64,000 nucleotides of DNA from Bacteroidota bacterium (GTDB lineage: Bacteria; Bacteroidota; Bacteroidia; Bacteroidales; F082): positions 49,964-113,963 of the forward strand of contig JAHIUX010000008.1 in assembly GCA_018816765.1 (NCBI GenBank), in the 5' to 3' direction. Of the stretch, positions 1 through 8,157 are shown in pieces. The notes under the pieces were generated by a model. That model made no database searches. It was given only the letters and a program-made list of their open reading frames with translations, and was not told where the DNA came from. Position 1 is the stretch's first letter; each line of letters starts with the position of its first letter. The position numbers and the translations under genes are program-made.

Positions 1-101
1 ATTTTCTGCTGATGCTGGGCAAAGTTCACCTGCTATGATAAATGATCAACACCATTTGTGGTTAAATTCATATTGATTTTAGAAAAAGTTGCTTCATGGT
101 T

Positions 102-126
102 GTAACAATGACAGTTTCAATACGTC
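102..126 (+). promoter_or_regulatory. candidate ECF-type promoter (GTAAC-N16-CGTC) in front of the ECF sigma gene
   Basis: GTAAC at 102-106 and CGTC at 123-126 with a 16-nt spacer, 25 nt upstream of the ATG at 151. Matches the generic AAC-N16/17-CGT layout of autoregulated ECF promoters. Confidence 0.4.
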
Positions 127-150
127 TTTTATGCAAAACCAGGTAAAGGG

Positions 151-729
151 ATGTCTCCGAATAAACAGCTTACGGATCACGAAACAGAAAGATTGATTGA
201 AGCATGCAGGAAGCAGAGCCGCGAAGCACAATGCGCCCTTTACACCAAATACTGCAAGGCCATGTATAATGTTGCCCTGCGCATCTCGGGAAACAGGCAG
301 GAAGCAGAGGACGTAATGCAGGAAGCATTTATTACCGCTTTCGAAAAGCTTCATACCTATGATGGCAAAGCAAGTTTCGGCAGCTGGTTAAAGAAAATCG
401 TTCTGCATAAGGCCATCGATCAATCCAGGAAACACAAAAAAATGATCTTCGATGATGTGGATGAACTGAATGTTCAACTGGCTGATGAAGACAATGACCT
501 TCCGCCGTATTTTAACCTGACCATTGACGCAGTATACAGCATCTTGCAGTCGCTCAAGCCCCAGTATCGCATCATTCTGAACCTGCGTCTCATAGAAGAG
601 TGCTCCTATGAAGACATTGCAAAATTGCTCGACCTTCAATACGGTGCAGTAAGAACACGCTATGCCAGGGCACGCAGTATATTGGCCGGCAAGATTTATC
701 AGGAAGCACAATCTAGCATGTTGAATTAA
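151..729 (+). CDS. ECF (group 4, sigma-70 family) RNA polymerase sigma factor
   Basis: 192 aa. Region-2-like segment (EAEDVMQEAFITAFEKL...FGSWLKKIVLHKAIDQSRK) and region-4 HTH (YEDIAKLLDLQYGAVRTRYARAR). Size typical of ECF sigmas. Confidence 0.9.
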   Translation: MSPNKQLTDHETERLIEACRKQSREAQCALYTKYCKAMYNVALRISGNRQEAEDVMQEAFITAFEKLHTYDGKASFGSWLKKIVLHKAIDQSRKHKKMIFDDVDELNVQLADEDNDLPPYFNLTIDAVYSILQSLKPQYRIILNLRLIEECSYEDIAKLLDLQYGAVRTRYARARSILAGKIYQEAQSSMLN

Positions 730-747
730 CTGGAAACTAAAACAACA

Positions 748-1296
748 ATGAATAAAATAGACGATTTATTCCGGCAGAACAACGCGCTTTTTGAGGGTGA
801 AGACCTGGAAGATGGTCACCTCGAAAGGTTTCTAGCCCGCCTGGATCAACGAAAACCAATAGCCAGGAAGAAGTCATTTTTCTTGCAACACCTCACAAAA
901 CTATCCATTGCAGCAGTATTGGTGATCGGGCTGGGTGTTTTGGGAATCCTGATAAAAAATAAACAATCGAACGTACAATCAACAGATCAGCTACACACCG
1001 AAGCGATTCAGAAGGCAGACCAATACTACACTGAAATTGCCAACGGCAAAATTGCAGAAATCGAAGCCATGGCACAACATTCTCCTTCGCGAGAAACCAT
1101 TGTAAACGAAGCAATTGCTCAGGTAAATGTGCTCTCTGCCATCAGCAAGCGGCTTATTGGCGAATATTTGCGGCTTAAAGGCGACGACCGGGTGTTCAGC
1201 GCCATCATGAGTAATTATATGCAAATGATTTCGGGACTTGATCTTGTTAAAGAACAAATTGAAACACACAGTAATATCACAACAATAAATCCATAA
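748..1296 (+). CDS. putative anti-sigma factor / single-pass membrane protein
   Basis: Starts 19 nt after the sigma gene. Short cytoplasmic N-terminus, one hydrophobic helix (LSIAAVLVIGLGVLGILI), extracytoplasmic C-terminus. No HxxxCxxC zinc motif, so the call rests on position and topology. Confidence 0.5.
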   Translation: MNKIDDLFRQNNALFEGEDLEDGHLERFLARLDQRKPIARKKSFFLQHLTKLSIAAVLVIGLGVLGILIKNKQSNVQSTDQLHTEAIQKADQYYTEIANGKIAEIEAMAQHSPSRETIVNEAIAQVNVLSAISKRLIGEYLRLKGDDRVFSAIMSNYMQMISGLDLVKEQIETHSNITTINP

Positions 1297-1300
1297 GACA

Positions 1301-2335
1301 ATGAAAAACAGATTAATGACTATTGTGTTAAGCCTGGTTATGTTGACGGCTTTCGGCCAGGCATCAGACGATTTCTCACAAACCATCCGGAAGGAATTCA
1401 ATACAACAGCAGAGACCACATTGGAGATTACCAATCAGTTTGGCAAGGTAAAATGCGAAAACTGGAACAAACCCATGGTTGGTGTAGTGGTAACCATTAC
1501 AGCGAAAACGGATAACAAGCAGAAAGCAGATAAAATACTGGCGGCCATCAGTGTTCAGATGGAACAAAAAAACAATGCCATCGCACTAGTTACCAAAATC
1601 GGTGATATGCCAAGTCGGAACAAGGGAGATAACTTCAACATTGATTTTGTGGTAAATTTGCCTGAAACAATGGCGCTGAGCATCGAGAATGAATTTGGCG
1701 ATGTGGTATGCGACCGCCGCAAGGGCGATTTTGAACTTGAACTTTCTTACGGTGCTTATCAGTTGCAGGCACTTGATGGCCAGCGCAACAAGCTCGAAAT
1801 TTCGTTTTCGAAGGGTGTCATCAATTCAGCATCAAACGCTGACATCACCTTAAGTTATTCAGGCTTGCAAATGGAAAGTGTCGGCACGGTCAAACTTCAT
1901 TCTGAATTTTCTGAACTTAGCCTGACCCAGTGTAACGCGCTTGACTTACAGTCGGCTTACGACAAGCTGAATTTCGAAAAAATTGGATCTTTCAAAGGTG
2001 AAACGGCCTTTTCAACGGTGAAACTTGGCGAGATTACGGCCGACCTGACAGCGGAGTTTGAATATGGTGCTGTCAGCATCAGAAAGTTGGCGTCCACACT
2101 TGGTTTCTTTGACGCAAGGTTCGAATTTTCTTCTCTAAAGATCGAAGATGTTGGCGCGATCAGGTTTAAAACCCTCGCGGTGGATATCGAGCATGGCAAC
2201 TTCAATTATCCGTCGGGGCTGAATGTGAAGGTCGAAAAGCAGGGTTATACTGAGGTTAAATACCGTGCTGAAGACGCAGCCGGAACAGCTAAATTTAAAG
2301 TGACAGCAACAAACAGCAATATTTCAATGCGATGA
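1301..2335 (+). CDS. secreted beta-strand-repeat protein (DUF4097 / putative-adhesin-like)
   Basis: Signal peptide MKNRLMTIVLSLVMLTAFGQ, then repetitive short-strand segments (ELSYGAYQL, LSYSGLQME, FEYGAVSI, IEHGNFNY) typical of DUF4097-type beta-helix proteins. Starts 5 nt after the previous gene. Confidence 0.55.
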   Translation: MKNRLMTIVLSLVMLTAFGQASDDFSQTIRKEFNTTAETTLEITNQFGKVKCENWNKPMVGVVVTITAKTDNKQKADKILAAISVQMEQKNNAIALVTKIGDMPSRNKGDNFNIDFVVNLPETMALSIENEFGDVVCDRRKGDFELELSYGAYQLQALDGQRNKLEISFSKGVINSASNADITLSYSGLQMESVGTVKLHSEFSELSLTQCNALDLQSAYDKLNFEKIGSFKGETAFSTVKLGEITADLTAEFEYGAVSIRKLASTLGFFDARFEFSSLKIEDVGAIRFKTLAVDIEHGNFNYPSGLNVKVEKQGYTEVKYRAEDAAGTAKFKVTATNSNISMR

Positions 2336-2454
2336 GTTAAAGAATTGAGTACCTTTAACATCGATAAGCAGCTGTGAGGAATGCCTCAGCAGCCGAAAAT
2401 CTTCATCAACACAAAATTTTAATCAATATTCAATTAATTAATACCATTCTTATC

Positions 2455-3189
2455 ATGAAAAAGACGATTCAAAAAAGCACCTTTGCCCTGATAGTTATGC
2501 TCCTATCCATGATGCATTTAGCAGGTGCCTGTGTGCTCAATCCATTTGCTATCAGTGGCAATGGGAAGATGGTGACCGAACAGAGGCAGGTAAGCAATTT
2601 TACAGCCCTGGAAGTCAGCAGTGCCTTCAGCGTTGAACTTAGCCAGGGAGATGCCGAAAGCCTGACCATCGAAGCTGATGAAAACCTGATGAAGTACATC
2701 CGTACTGAAGTCAGGGGAGGCGTACTGAAAATTTATGTTGACGAACCCGTCAACTCTTCCAGGGGACTCAAGGCCATACTGAATTTCAAATCGGTGGAGT
2801 CGATGGATTTCAGTGGTGCGGTTAAGGTAAAAGGCATGAACAGCTTGCATTTTGACCAATTGGAAGTTGAATTGAGTGGCGCAACCGAGTTAGATATGGA
2901 TATGACAGCCGCATCCCTTGATCTGGACGTTTCAGGTGCCAGTAAAATATCGCTGGTGGGTGAAGTTAAGCATGTTGATGCAGATTGCTCTGGTGCCTCA
3001 AAAATCTATGCTGAAAACCTGAAAACCAGCACTTTCAATTTTGAATCAAGTGGTGCTTCGAAGGCTGAGATCTGGGTGACCGATGAATTGCGCGTGTCGG
3101 CAAGCGGCGCATCCTCAGTCAGATACAAGGGCGAGGTCCAAAAAATCAAGGTTGACACTTCCGGAGCCAGTTCGGTCGAGAAGATGTAA
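2455..3189 (+). CDS. lipoprotein with DUF2807 / GIN-domain-like beta-helix repeats
   Basis: Internal ATG at 2455 gives MKKTIQKSTFALIVMLLSMMHLAGAC (lipobox-like). Five repeats of an SGAS(K/S) motif about 20 aa apart (SGATELDM, SGASKISL, SGASKIYA, SGASKAEI, SGASSVRY, SGASSVEK). Confidence 0.6.
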   Translation: MKKTIQKSTFALIVMLLSMMHLAGACVLNPFAISGNGKMVTEQRQVSNFTALEVSSAFSVELSQGDAESLTIEADENLMKYIRTEVRGGVLKIYVDEPVNSSRGLKAILNFKSVESMDFSGAVKVKGMNSLHFDQLEVELSGATELDMDMTAASLDLDVSGASKISLVGEVKHVDADCSGASKIYAENLKTSTFNFESSGASKAEIWVTDELRVSASGASSVRYKGEVQKIKVDTSGASSVEKM

Positions 3190-3231
3190 GGAGATGATTA
3201 CGCATTCCCGATGCATAGTTTTGGGATAAAC

Positions 3232-3271
3232 AAACAGCTGTATGTTCTTTATGAATATGCAGCTGTTTTTT
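3232..3271 (+). terminator. rho-independent terminator after the DUF2807-like gene
   Basis: AAACAGCTGTATGTTC / GAATATGCAGCTGTTT hairpin (9 perfect bp plus an extension with G-U pairs) running into a T-run at 3266-3271. Confidence 0.7.
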
Positions 3272-3303
3272 GTTCTATCAATCACTCTTTGAAACCGTGA
3301 TTT

Positions 3304-4119
3304 CTATTCAGTTAAATAATTGTGTTTGACCAACTGCACCTTGATGTTGCCCACCATAATTTTTGCCTCGATGAGCAGCGGCATATGGTGAGGCTCATCG
3401 GCTACCCAAACCGAAATTGCTTCTCCCGACCTGAAGGTATTGCTTTTTTCGAGTATGGCTTCGAACTTATGGCATTGATGTGGTTTCTGATCGGTGCCGG
3501 TAATGCTTTCCTTCCCCTTGTAAACGATCGGCAAGCGGATCGTTCGGCCGTCGAGGAAGACAATCGGGCTGAGTGTGTCGCCCTGACTAAGCTTGTGAAA
3601 CGGCATTGACCGCAGGGCATAGGTCGTTGTCAGCACATCCAGGGTTCCGGGTGCAAACCGGTTGATTTTCATGTTAATCGGTGTCTGTGAGTCTTCCAGG
3701 TTGCTGCTAACAGTCATTTTGTTATAATCGAAAACCGAGCTGTTGTTCATGAAAAAATTTCCTTCCTGGGTGTGCCTGCGATACTTCAGTGGCTTTAGAT
3801 CAGCTGTGCTCACCGTTTCGAAGGTGTCCCTTACTTTAAAAAACCAGTCATAGGCCTTAAAAGAATGGCCTGTACTCAGAAAATGAAAACTTTGCTTACC
3901 GGCTGTTGTTGATGGATTTACCTGAAAATCAACCTGCCCAACATCAATCCAGATAATTCCCCAATTGTAGGTAACCGTGTAGGTGAGCTGTTCATTAGGC
4001 CCGAAGGCCAGGCTGTCGTGCCTGAATTCCTGTGCCTGCCCCAGCGAGAATGACATCAGCATCATCATAAACAGGCATGAAATAAGGCTTGATTTTCTGA
4101 CAGTTTGTTCCATGGTCAA
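3304..4119 (-). CDS. secreted hypothetical protein (DUF3108-like)
   Basis: 271 aa. Signal peptide (SLISCLFMMMLMSFSLGQAQ). Beta-rich sequence with the LTYTVTYNWGIIWIDVGQVDF-type N-terminal segment I associate with DUF3108. Family assignment is from memory only. Confidence 0.45.
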   Translation of the reverse strand: MTMEQTVRKSSLISCLFMMMLMSFSLGQAQEFRHDSLAFGPNEQLTYTVTYNWGIIWIDVGQVDFQVNPSTTAGKQSFHFLSTGHSFKAYDWFFKVRDTFETVSTADLKPLKYRRHTQEGNFFMNNSSVFDYNKMTVSSNLEDSQTPINMKINRFAPGTLDVLTTTYALRSMPFHKLSQGDTLSPIVFLDGRTIRLPIVYKGKESITGTDQKPHQCHKFEAILEKSNTFRSGEAISVWVADEPHHMPLLIEAKIMVGNIKVQLVKHNYLTE

Positions 4120-4357
4120 AGCTAATTAATTTTCGTGGGCTTTGCCGCAAATTGTTGTTATCCACCATTATTTTTTAAAATGTTATTATTCAAGTACATA
4201 CAAACGGAATGCGGTTAATATTAAATTAATAATTTTTTTTGAATTTCATGGTTTCAGGTACTGGTTTTATTTATTATTGCATACCATATTGTATGGCATG
4301 AAAGATGTTGTAACAAGCATGTCTGCAAGCTATTAATACTGTAACCAATCTTCACTG

Positions 4358-5623
4358 ATGATTATTATGCTCCAAAATCAGATTTCGGATCAGGTTCCGG
4401 ATCTGAATGAAGAAGAAGAACCTCCGAGCCCCTCCGGCTTACAAACTGGAAAACAAACCCCTTTGCACGCCAATGGACAAGGTGTGACACAGCCGATTGC
4501 CGCCTCAGGCGTTTCGCTGGCTTTCATGAAAAAGCATTTTCCTGAAGCCACCCTGGCCGATTGGTCGAGTTGGCGCTGGCAACTGCGCAACAGCTACACC
4601 AGCCTGCAGTCGCTTCACAAGGTCATTGACCCTGCCGATGATGAACTGAAACCTGTTGATGGGGTGAACGATATGCTGCCAATCCGCATCACACCTTATT
4701 ACGCAAGCCTGTTGGCGGCATCAACGCCCGGACATCCTATCCGCAAAACAGTTGTGCCCACGGTGCATGAGCTAAACCTCAACGCTGGCGAAGTTTCTGA
4801 CCCGCTAGGCGAAGAGGATGACAGCCCTGTGCCAAACCTGGTGCATCGCTATCCCGACAGGGCCTTGTTTCTGTCGACGGGATTTTGTGCAGCCTACTGC
4901 CGTTACTGCACGCGCTCGCATATGGTGGCCAAGGACAAATGCCATATTGGTAAAAAAGCATGGGAACCAGCACTGGAATACCTTTCGCGGCACAGCGAAA
5001 TTCGCGACGTAATTGTTTCCGGAGGCGATCCGCTGAGTATGCCCGACAGCCATATCGACTATTTGCTTTCGCGCCTGAGGGCCATTCCACATATCGAAAT
5101 CATTCGGATTGGTACAAAAGTGCCCGTGGTTATGCCAATGCGTATCACACCGGCCCTTGTATCCATCCTGAAGAAATACCACCCGCTGTTCATGAGCCTT
5201 CACTTCACCCATCCGCTTGAGCTCACAGCAGAGACTTCTGCTGCCTGCGAGCGTCTTGCCAATGCAGGTGTTCCGCTGGGAAGCCAGACCGTCTTGCTCC
5301 GCGATGTAAATGACGATCCGGTGGTGATGAAAAACCTGTTTACAGGATTGCTGAAAATCAGGGTCAGGCCTTATTACCTGTACCAGTGTGATCCCATTCC
5401 GGGCTCATCACATTTCCGGACACCGGTTGCAAAAGGACTCGAGATGATCAAGGCCTTGCGTGGTTTTACCTCAGGTTATGCCATTCCTCAGTATGTGATT
5501 GATGCTCCCGGCGGCGGAGGTAAAATTCCATTGCTGCCTGATTATGCTCAGGGCTATGACAACAGTAATTTGTTGTTGAAGAATTATGAGGGAAAAATCT
5601 ACAAATACCCTGACGTAATCTGA
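4358..5623 (+). CDS. kamA: lysine 2,3-aminomutase (KamA-family radical SAM / PLP enzyme)
   Basis: CAAYCRYC (CxxxCxxC radical SAM cluster), VSGGDPL, YLYQCDPIPGSSHFRTP, VIDAPGGGGKIP. The two Asp residues (QCD and VID) are 37 residues apart, as for the lysine-binding Asp pair I recall in clostridial LAM. About 50 aa of low-complexity N-terminal extension. An alternative ATG lies at 4367. Confidence 0.85.
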   Translation: MIIMLQNQISDQVPDLNEEEEPPSPSGLQTGKQTPLHANGQGVTQPIAASGVSLAFMKKHFPEATLADWSSWRWQLRNSYTSLQSLHKVIDPADDELKPVDGVNDMLPIRITPYYASLLAASTPGHPIRKTVVPTVHELNLNAGEVSDPLGEEDDSPVPNLVHRYPDRALFLSTGFCAAYCRYCTRSHMVAKDKCHIGKKAWEPALEYLSRHSEIRDVIVSGGDPLSMPDSHIDYLLSRLRAIPHIEIIRIGTKVPVVMPMRITPALVSILKKYHPLFMSLHFTHPLELTAETSAACERLANAGVPLGSQTVLLRDVNDDPVVMKNLFTGLLKIRVRPYYLYQCDPIPGSSHFRTPVAKGLEMIKALRGFTSGYAIPQYVIDAPGGGGKIPLLPDYAQGYDNSNLLLKNYEGKIYKYPDVI

Positions 5624-5624
5624 T

Positions 5625-6623
5625 ATGGCAGCTGAAACGATTAAGAAATCACTCAGGATTGGCCTTACCTATGACCTCAGGGAGGCTTATCTGGCCATGG
5701 GATACTCTGAAGATGAGACGGCCGAACTCGACAAAGAAGAAACAGTATTGGGTATTGAAAAAGCCCTGACAGAACTTGGTCACCAAACCCAGCGTATCGG
5801 AAACCTGTTTCAACTGCAACAAAAGTTGCTTAGCGGTGAACGTTGGGATCTGGTGTTCAACATCTGCGAAGGCATGCACGGCATTGGACGGGAAGCCCAG
5901 GTTCCTGCCTTGCTCGATGCTTACCGCATTCCCTACACTTTTTCTGATCCGCTGGTGCTGTCGCTGACCTTGCATAAAGGAATGACGAAACGCGTGGTTC
6001 GTGATGCCGGAATACCCACCGCTGATTTTGCCATCGTTCAGTCCTCAGAGGATATTGATCATGTGAGCATTCCTTTTCCTTTGTTTGTGAAGCCCAATGG
6101 AGAAGGCTCAGGAAAAGGCATAGATGGCCGATCAAAAGTGAAAGACGCGACGCAACTGAAAGAGGTATGCCTGCGGCTGCTGAACGAGTATAAACAGGCC
6201 GTCCTCATCGAAGCCTATCTGCCTGGAAGAGAGTTTACTGTTGGAATCACAGGCACAGGAAATGAGGCTGTGTGCATGGGCGTGATGGAGGTGTGCATTG
6301 ATGAGCAGGCTGAAGAAAATGCCTATTCACGATTTATCAAAGAAAACTACGAGGGCAGGGTGACCTACCAAATGGCCGAAGAAAAGGTTGCACAGGAATG
6401 TGCCTCAGTGAGTCTGGCTGCCTGGCGAGTGCTGGGTTGTCGCGATGCCGGCCGTGTCGATGTGCGCTACAACAGCAAAGGGCAGGCTTGTTTTATTGAG
6501 GTGAATCCATTGGCAGGGATGAATTACATCCATTCTGACCTGCCAATTCTGATGTATAAAAACAATTTTGTGTTCAATGACCTGATCGGGTCAATTATCC
6601 AATCTGCCAGCAAAAGAATCTGA
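5625..6623 (+). CDS. ATP-grasp ligase, D-alanine--D-alanine ligase family (paralog 1)
   Basis: 332 aa. Ddl-like N-domain (VFNICEGMHGIGREAQVPALLDAYRIPYT). ATP-grasp motifs LFVKPNGEGSGKGI, LIEAYLPGREFTVGI, GRVDVRY...CFIEVNPLAGM. The ATG is 1 nt after the kamA stop. Confidence 0.75.
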   Translation: MAAETIKKSLRIGLTYDLREAYLAMGYSEDETAELDKEETVLGIEKALTELGHQTQRIGNLFQLQQKLLSGERWDLVFNICEGMHGIGREAQVPALLDAYRIPYTFSDPLVLSLTLHKGMTKRVVRDAGIPTADFAIVQSSEDIDHVSIPFPLFVKPNGEGSGKGIDGRSKVKDATQLKEVCLRLLNEYKQAVLIEAYLPGREFTVGITGTGNEAVCMGVMEVCIDEQAEENAYSRFIKENYEGRVTYQMAEEKVAQECASVSLAAWRVLGCRDAGRVDVRYNSKGQACFIEVNPLAGMNYIHSDLPILMYKNNFVFNDLIGSIIQSASKRI

Positions 6624-6624
6624 T

Positions 6625-7602
6625 ATGCAGTCACTTCGTGTTGTTATCTTACATAATCAGTTAAGCAAGGAGGCCCTGGCCGATGAGGCAGATGTAATGG
6701 AACAGGTAATGCTTGTTGAATCCTGTCTGAAACAGCTTGGGCACACTAGTTTTGTCCTGCCGCTTTCGCTTAACCTCGAAAAAGGAAAAGAGGCGTTGCT
6801 TGAACTGAAACCCGATCTGGTGTTTAACCTTGTCGAATCCTTTGAAAATAAGGGTGAGCTGGTGTACATTGCCCCAGCCCTGCTCGATGCACTTAAGATT
6901 CCTTACACCGGTACAGCCACGGTGCCAATGTTTCAGTCGGCGAGTAAAACACTCACCAAGGAGAACCTTTCCAAAGCCGGTATTGTTGTAGCCGAAGGAC
7001 TTGAGCTTGACCAGCTCGACCAATGCAAGCCCGAAAAAACGTACATCCTGAAACCAAGGTGGGAGGAAGGTTCGCTGGGCCTTGACGAGGATGCTGTTTT
7101 CAAAGGCGATAATATGGCATTTGTCAGCAGGGTCAAAGGGCTCAGTCACAAAGATTATTTTGTTGAAGAGTTTATCGAAGGGCGTGAATTTAACTGTGCA
7201 ATCGTAGCCACTCGCGAAGGTCCAAGGATTGTCGCTGTTGCAGAAATCACCTTCATCGATTTCCCGGAAGAAAAGCCTAAGATGCTGGGATATAAGGCAA
7301 AATGGGACGAAGAATCCTTCGAGTACAAAAACACGGTGCGTCGGCTCGATTTTGATGAAGAGGATAAAGACCTCATTCAGCTATTGGGCGCCATTGGGCT
7401 GAAATGCTGGACAGCCTGTGGCTTAGGTGGCTATGCACGTGTCGACTTCAGGGTCGATCAGCATAACCAGCCCTATGTGCTCGAAGTGAACTCAAACCCC
7501 TGCATCTCGCCCGATAGCGGATACTATGCTGCTGTAGAACATGCCGGCATGCAGTTTACCGATATAGTAAAGCTGATTGTTGAAGATGCCCTGAAGCATT
7601 AA
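6625..7602 (+). CDS. ATP-grasp ligase, D-alanine--D-alanine ligase family (paralog 2, divergent)
   Basis: 325 aa. YILKPRWEEGSLGLD, FVEEFIEGREFNCAIV, GYARVDFRVD...YVLEVNSNPCISP. The ATG is 1 nt after the previous stop, with the same AATCTGATATG junction as at 5615-5627. Confidence 0.7.
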   Translation: MQSLRVVILHNQLSKEALADEADVMEQVMLVESCLKQLGHTSFVLPLSLNLEKGKEALLELKPDLVFNLVESFENKGELVYIAPALLDALKIPYTGTATVPMFQSASKTLTKENLSKAGIVVAEGLELDQLDQCKPEKTYILKPRWEEGSLGLDEDAVFKGDNMAFVSRVKGLSHKDYFVEEFIEGREFNCAIVATREGPRIVAVAEITFIDFPEEKPKMLGYKAKWDEESFEYKNTVRRLDFDEEDKDLIQLLGAIGLKCWTACGLGGYARVDFRVDQHNQPYVLEVNSNPCISPDSGYYAAVEHAGMQFTDIVKLIVEDALKH

Positions 7603-7634
7603 GCGCCTGACTATTAACATTTTCATTGATCATT

Positions 7635-8129
7635 ATGGAAACCATAAGCTACCGTTCATATATAATTGATTCCGACCCTGATACCATTGAACGCATTGTA
7701 AGGTCGAGTGGGTTTTTTTACGAAGACGAAATTCCGATAGCGCGTGAGCTGGCTGAGGAAACATTGAAATTCGGCGAAAAATCGGGTTACCGCTTTATAT
7801 TTGCTGACCTGGGCAACACCACCATCGGCTATGCGGCTTACGGATTCATTGATGGCACCGACGGTAGCTATGACCTGTATTGGATCGCCGTTGACGAAAG
7901 TGCCAGAGGAAAGAAAATAGGCAAGGGAATTTTACGGGAAGTTGTTTCAGAACTCATAAAAGTCAAGGCCAGGCAACTGATCGCAGAAACTTCTTCATTG
8001 CCCAAATATGAACCCACCAGGGCTTTTTACCTCAACAACGGATTTGTGCAGCAGGCTGTTTTACCCGACTTTTTCAGGATGGGTGACGATAAGGTGTTTT
8101 TTGTGCTGCGTGTTGATCAAACGATCTGA
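7635..8129 (+). CDS. GNAT-family N-acetyltransferase
   Basis: About 164 aa from the first ATG (the track ORF begins at a TTG at 7626). Acetyl-CoA-binding-type segment WIAVDESARGKKIGKGILREV and C-terminal YLNNGF typical of GNAT folds. Confidence 0.75.
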   Translation: METISYRSYIIDSDPDTIERIVRSSGFFYEDEIPIARELAEETLKFGEKSGYRFIFADLGNTTIGYAAYGFIDGTDGSYDLYWIAVDESARGKKIGKGILREVVSELIKVKARQLIAETSSLPKYEPTRAFYLNNGFVQQAVLPDFFRMGDDKVFFVLRVDQTI

Positions 8130-8157
8130 GCAACTTGTTGTTATTCGTGATTAGAAA

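Noticed and set aside
94-354. 86-aa minus-strand ORF overlapping the start of the ECF sigma gene
   Set aside because: It is antisense to a well-supported sigma gene and has no recognisable features.
4142-4336. 64-aa ORF in the kamA upstream region
   Set aside because: It has AT-rich, low-complexity codon usage, no start context, and sits inside a divergent promoter region. It is most likely non-coding.
4120-4357. Possible lysine riboswitch (L-box) in front of kamA
   Set aside because: The leader is AT-rich and lacks the conserved GC-rich multi-helix core I would expect. Only a covariance-model scan could settle it.
4358-5623. kamA as part of a lysine fermentation pathway or of EF-P beta-lysylation
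   Set aside because: No kamDE (beta-lysine 5,6-aminomutase), kdd, kce or kal genes, and no epmA or efp genes, lie nearby. The protein is longer than EpmB-type enzymes, and its operon partners are ATP-grasp and GNAT enzymes.
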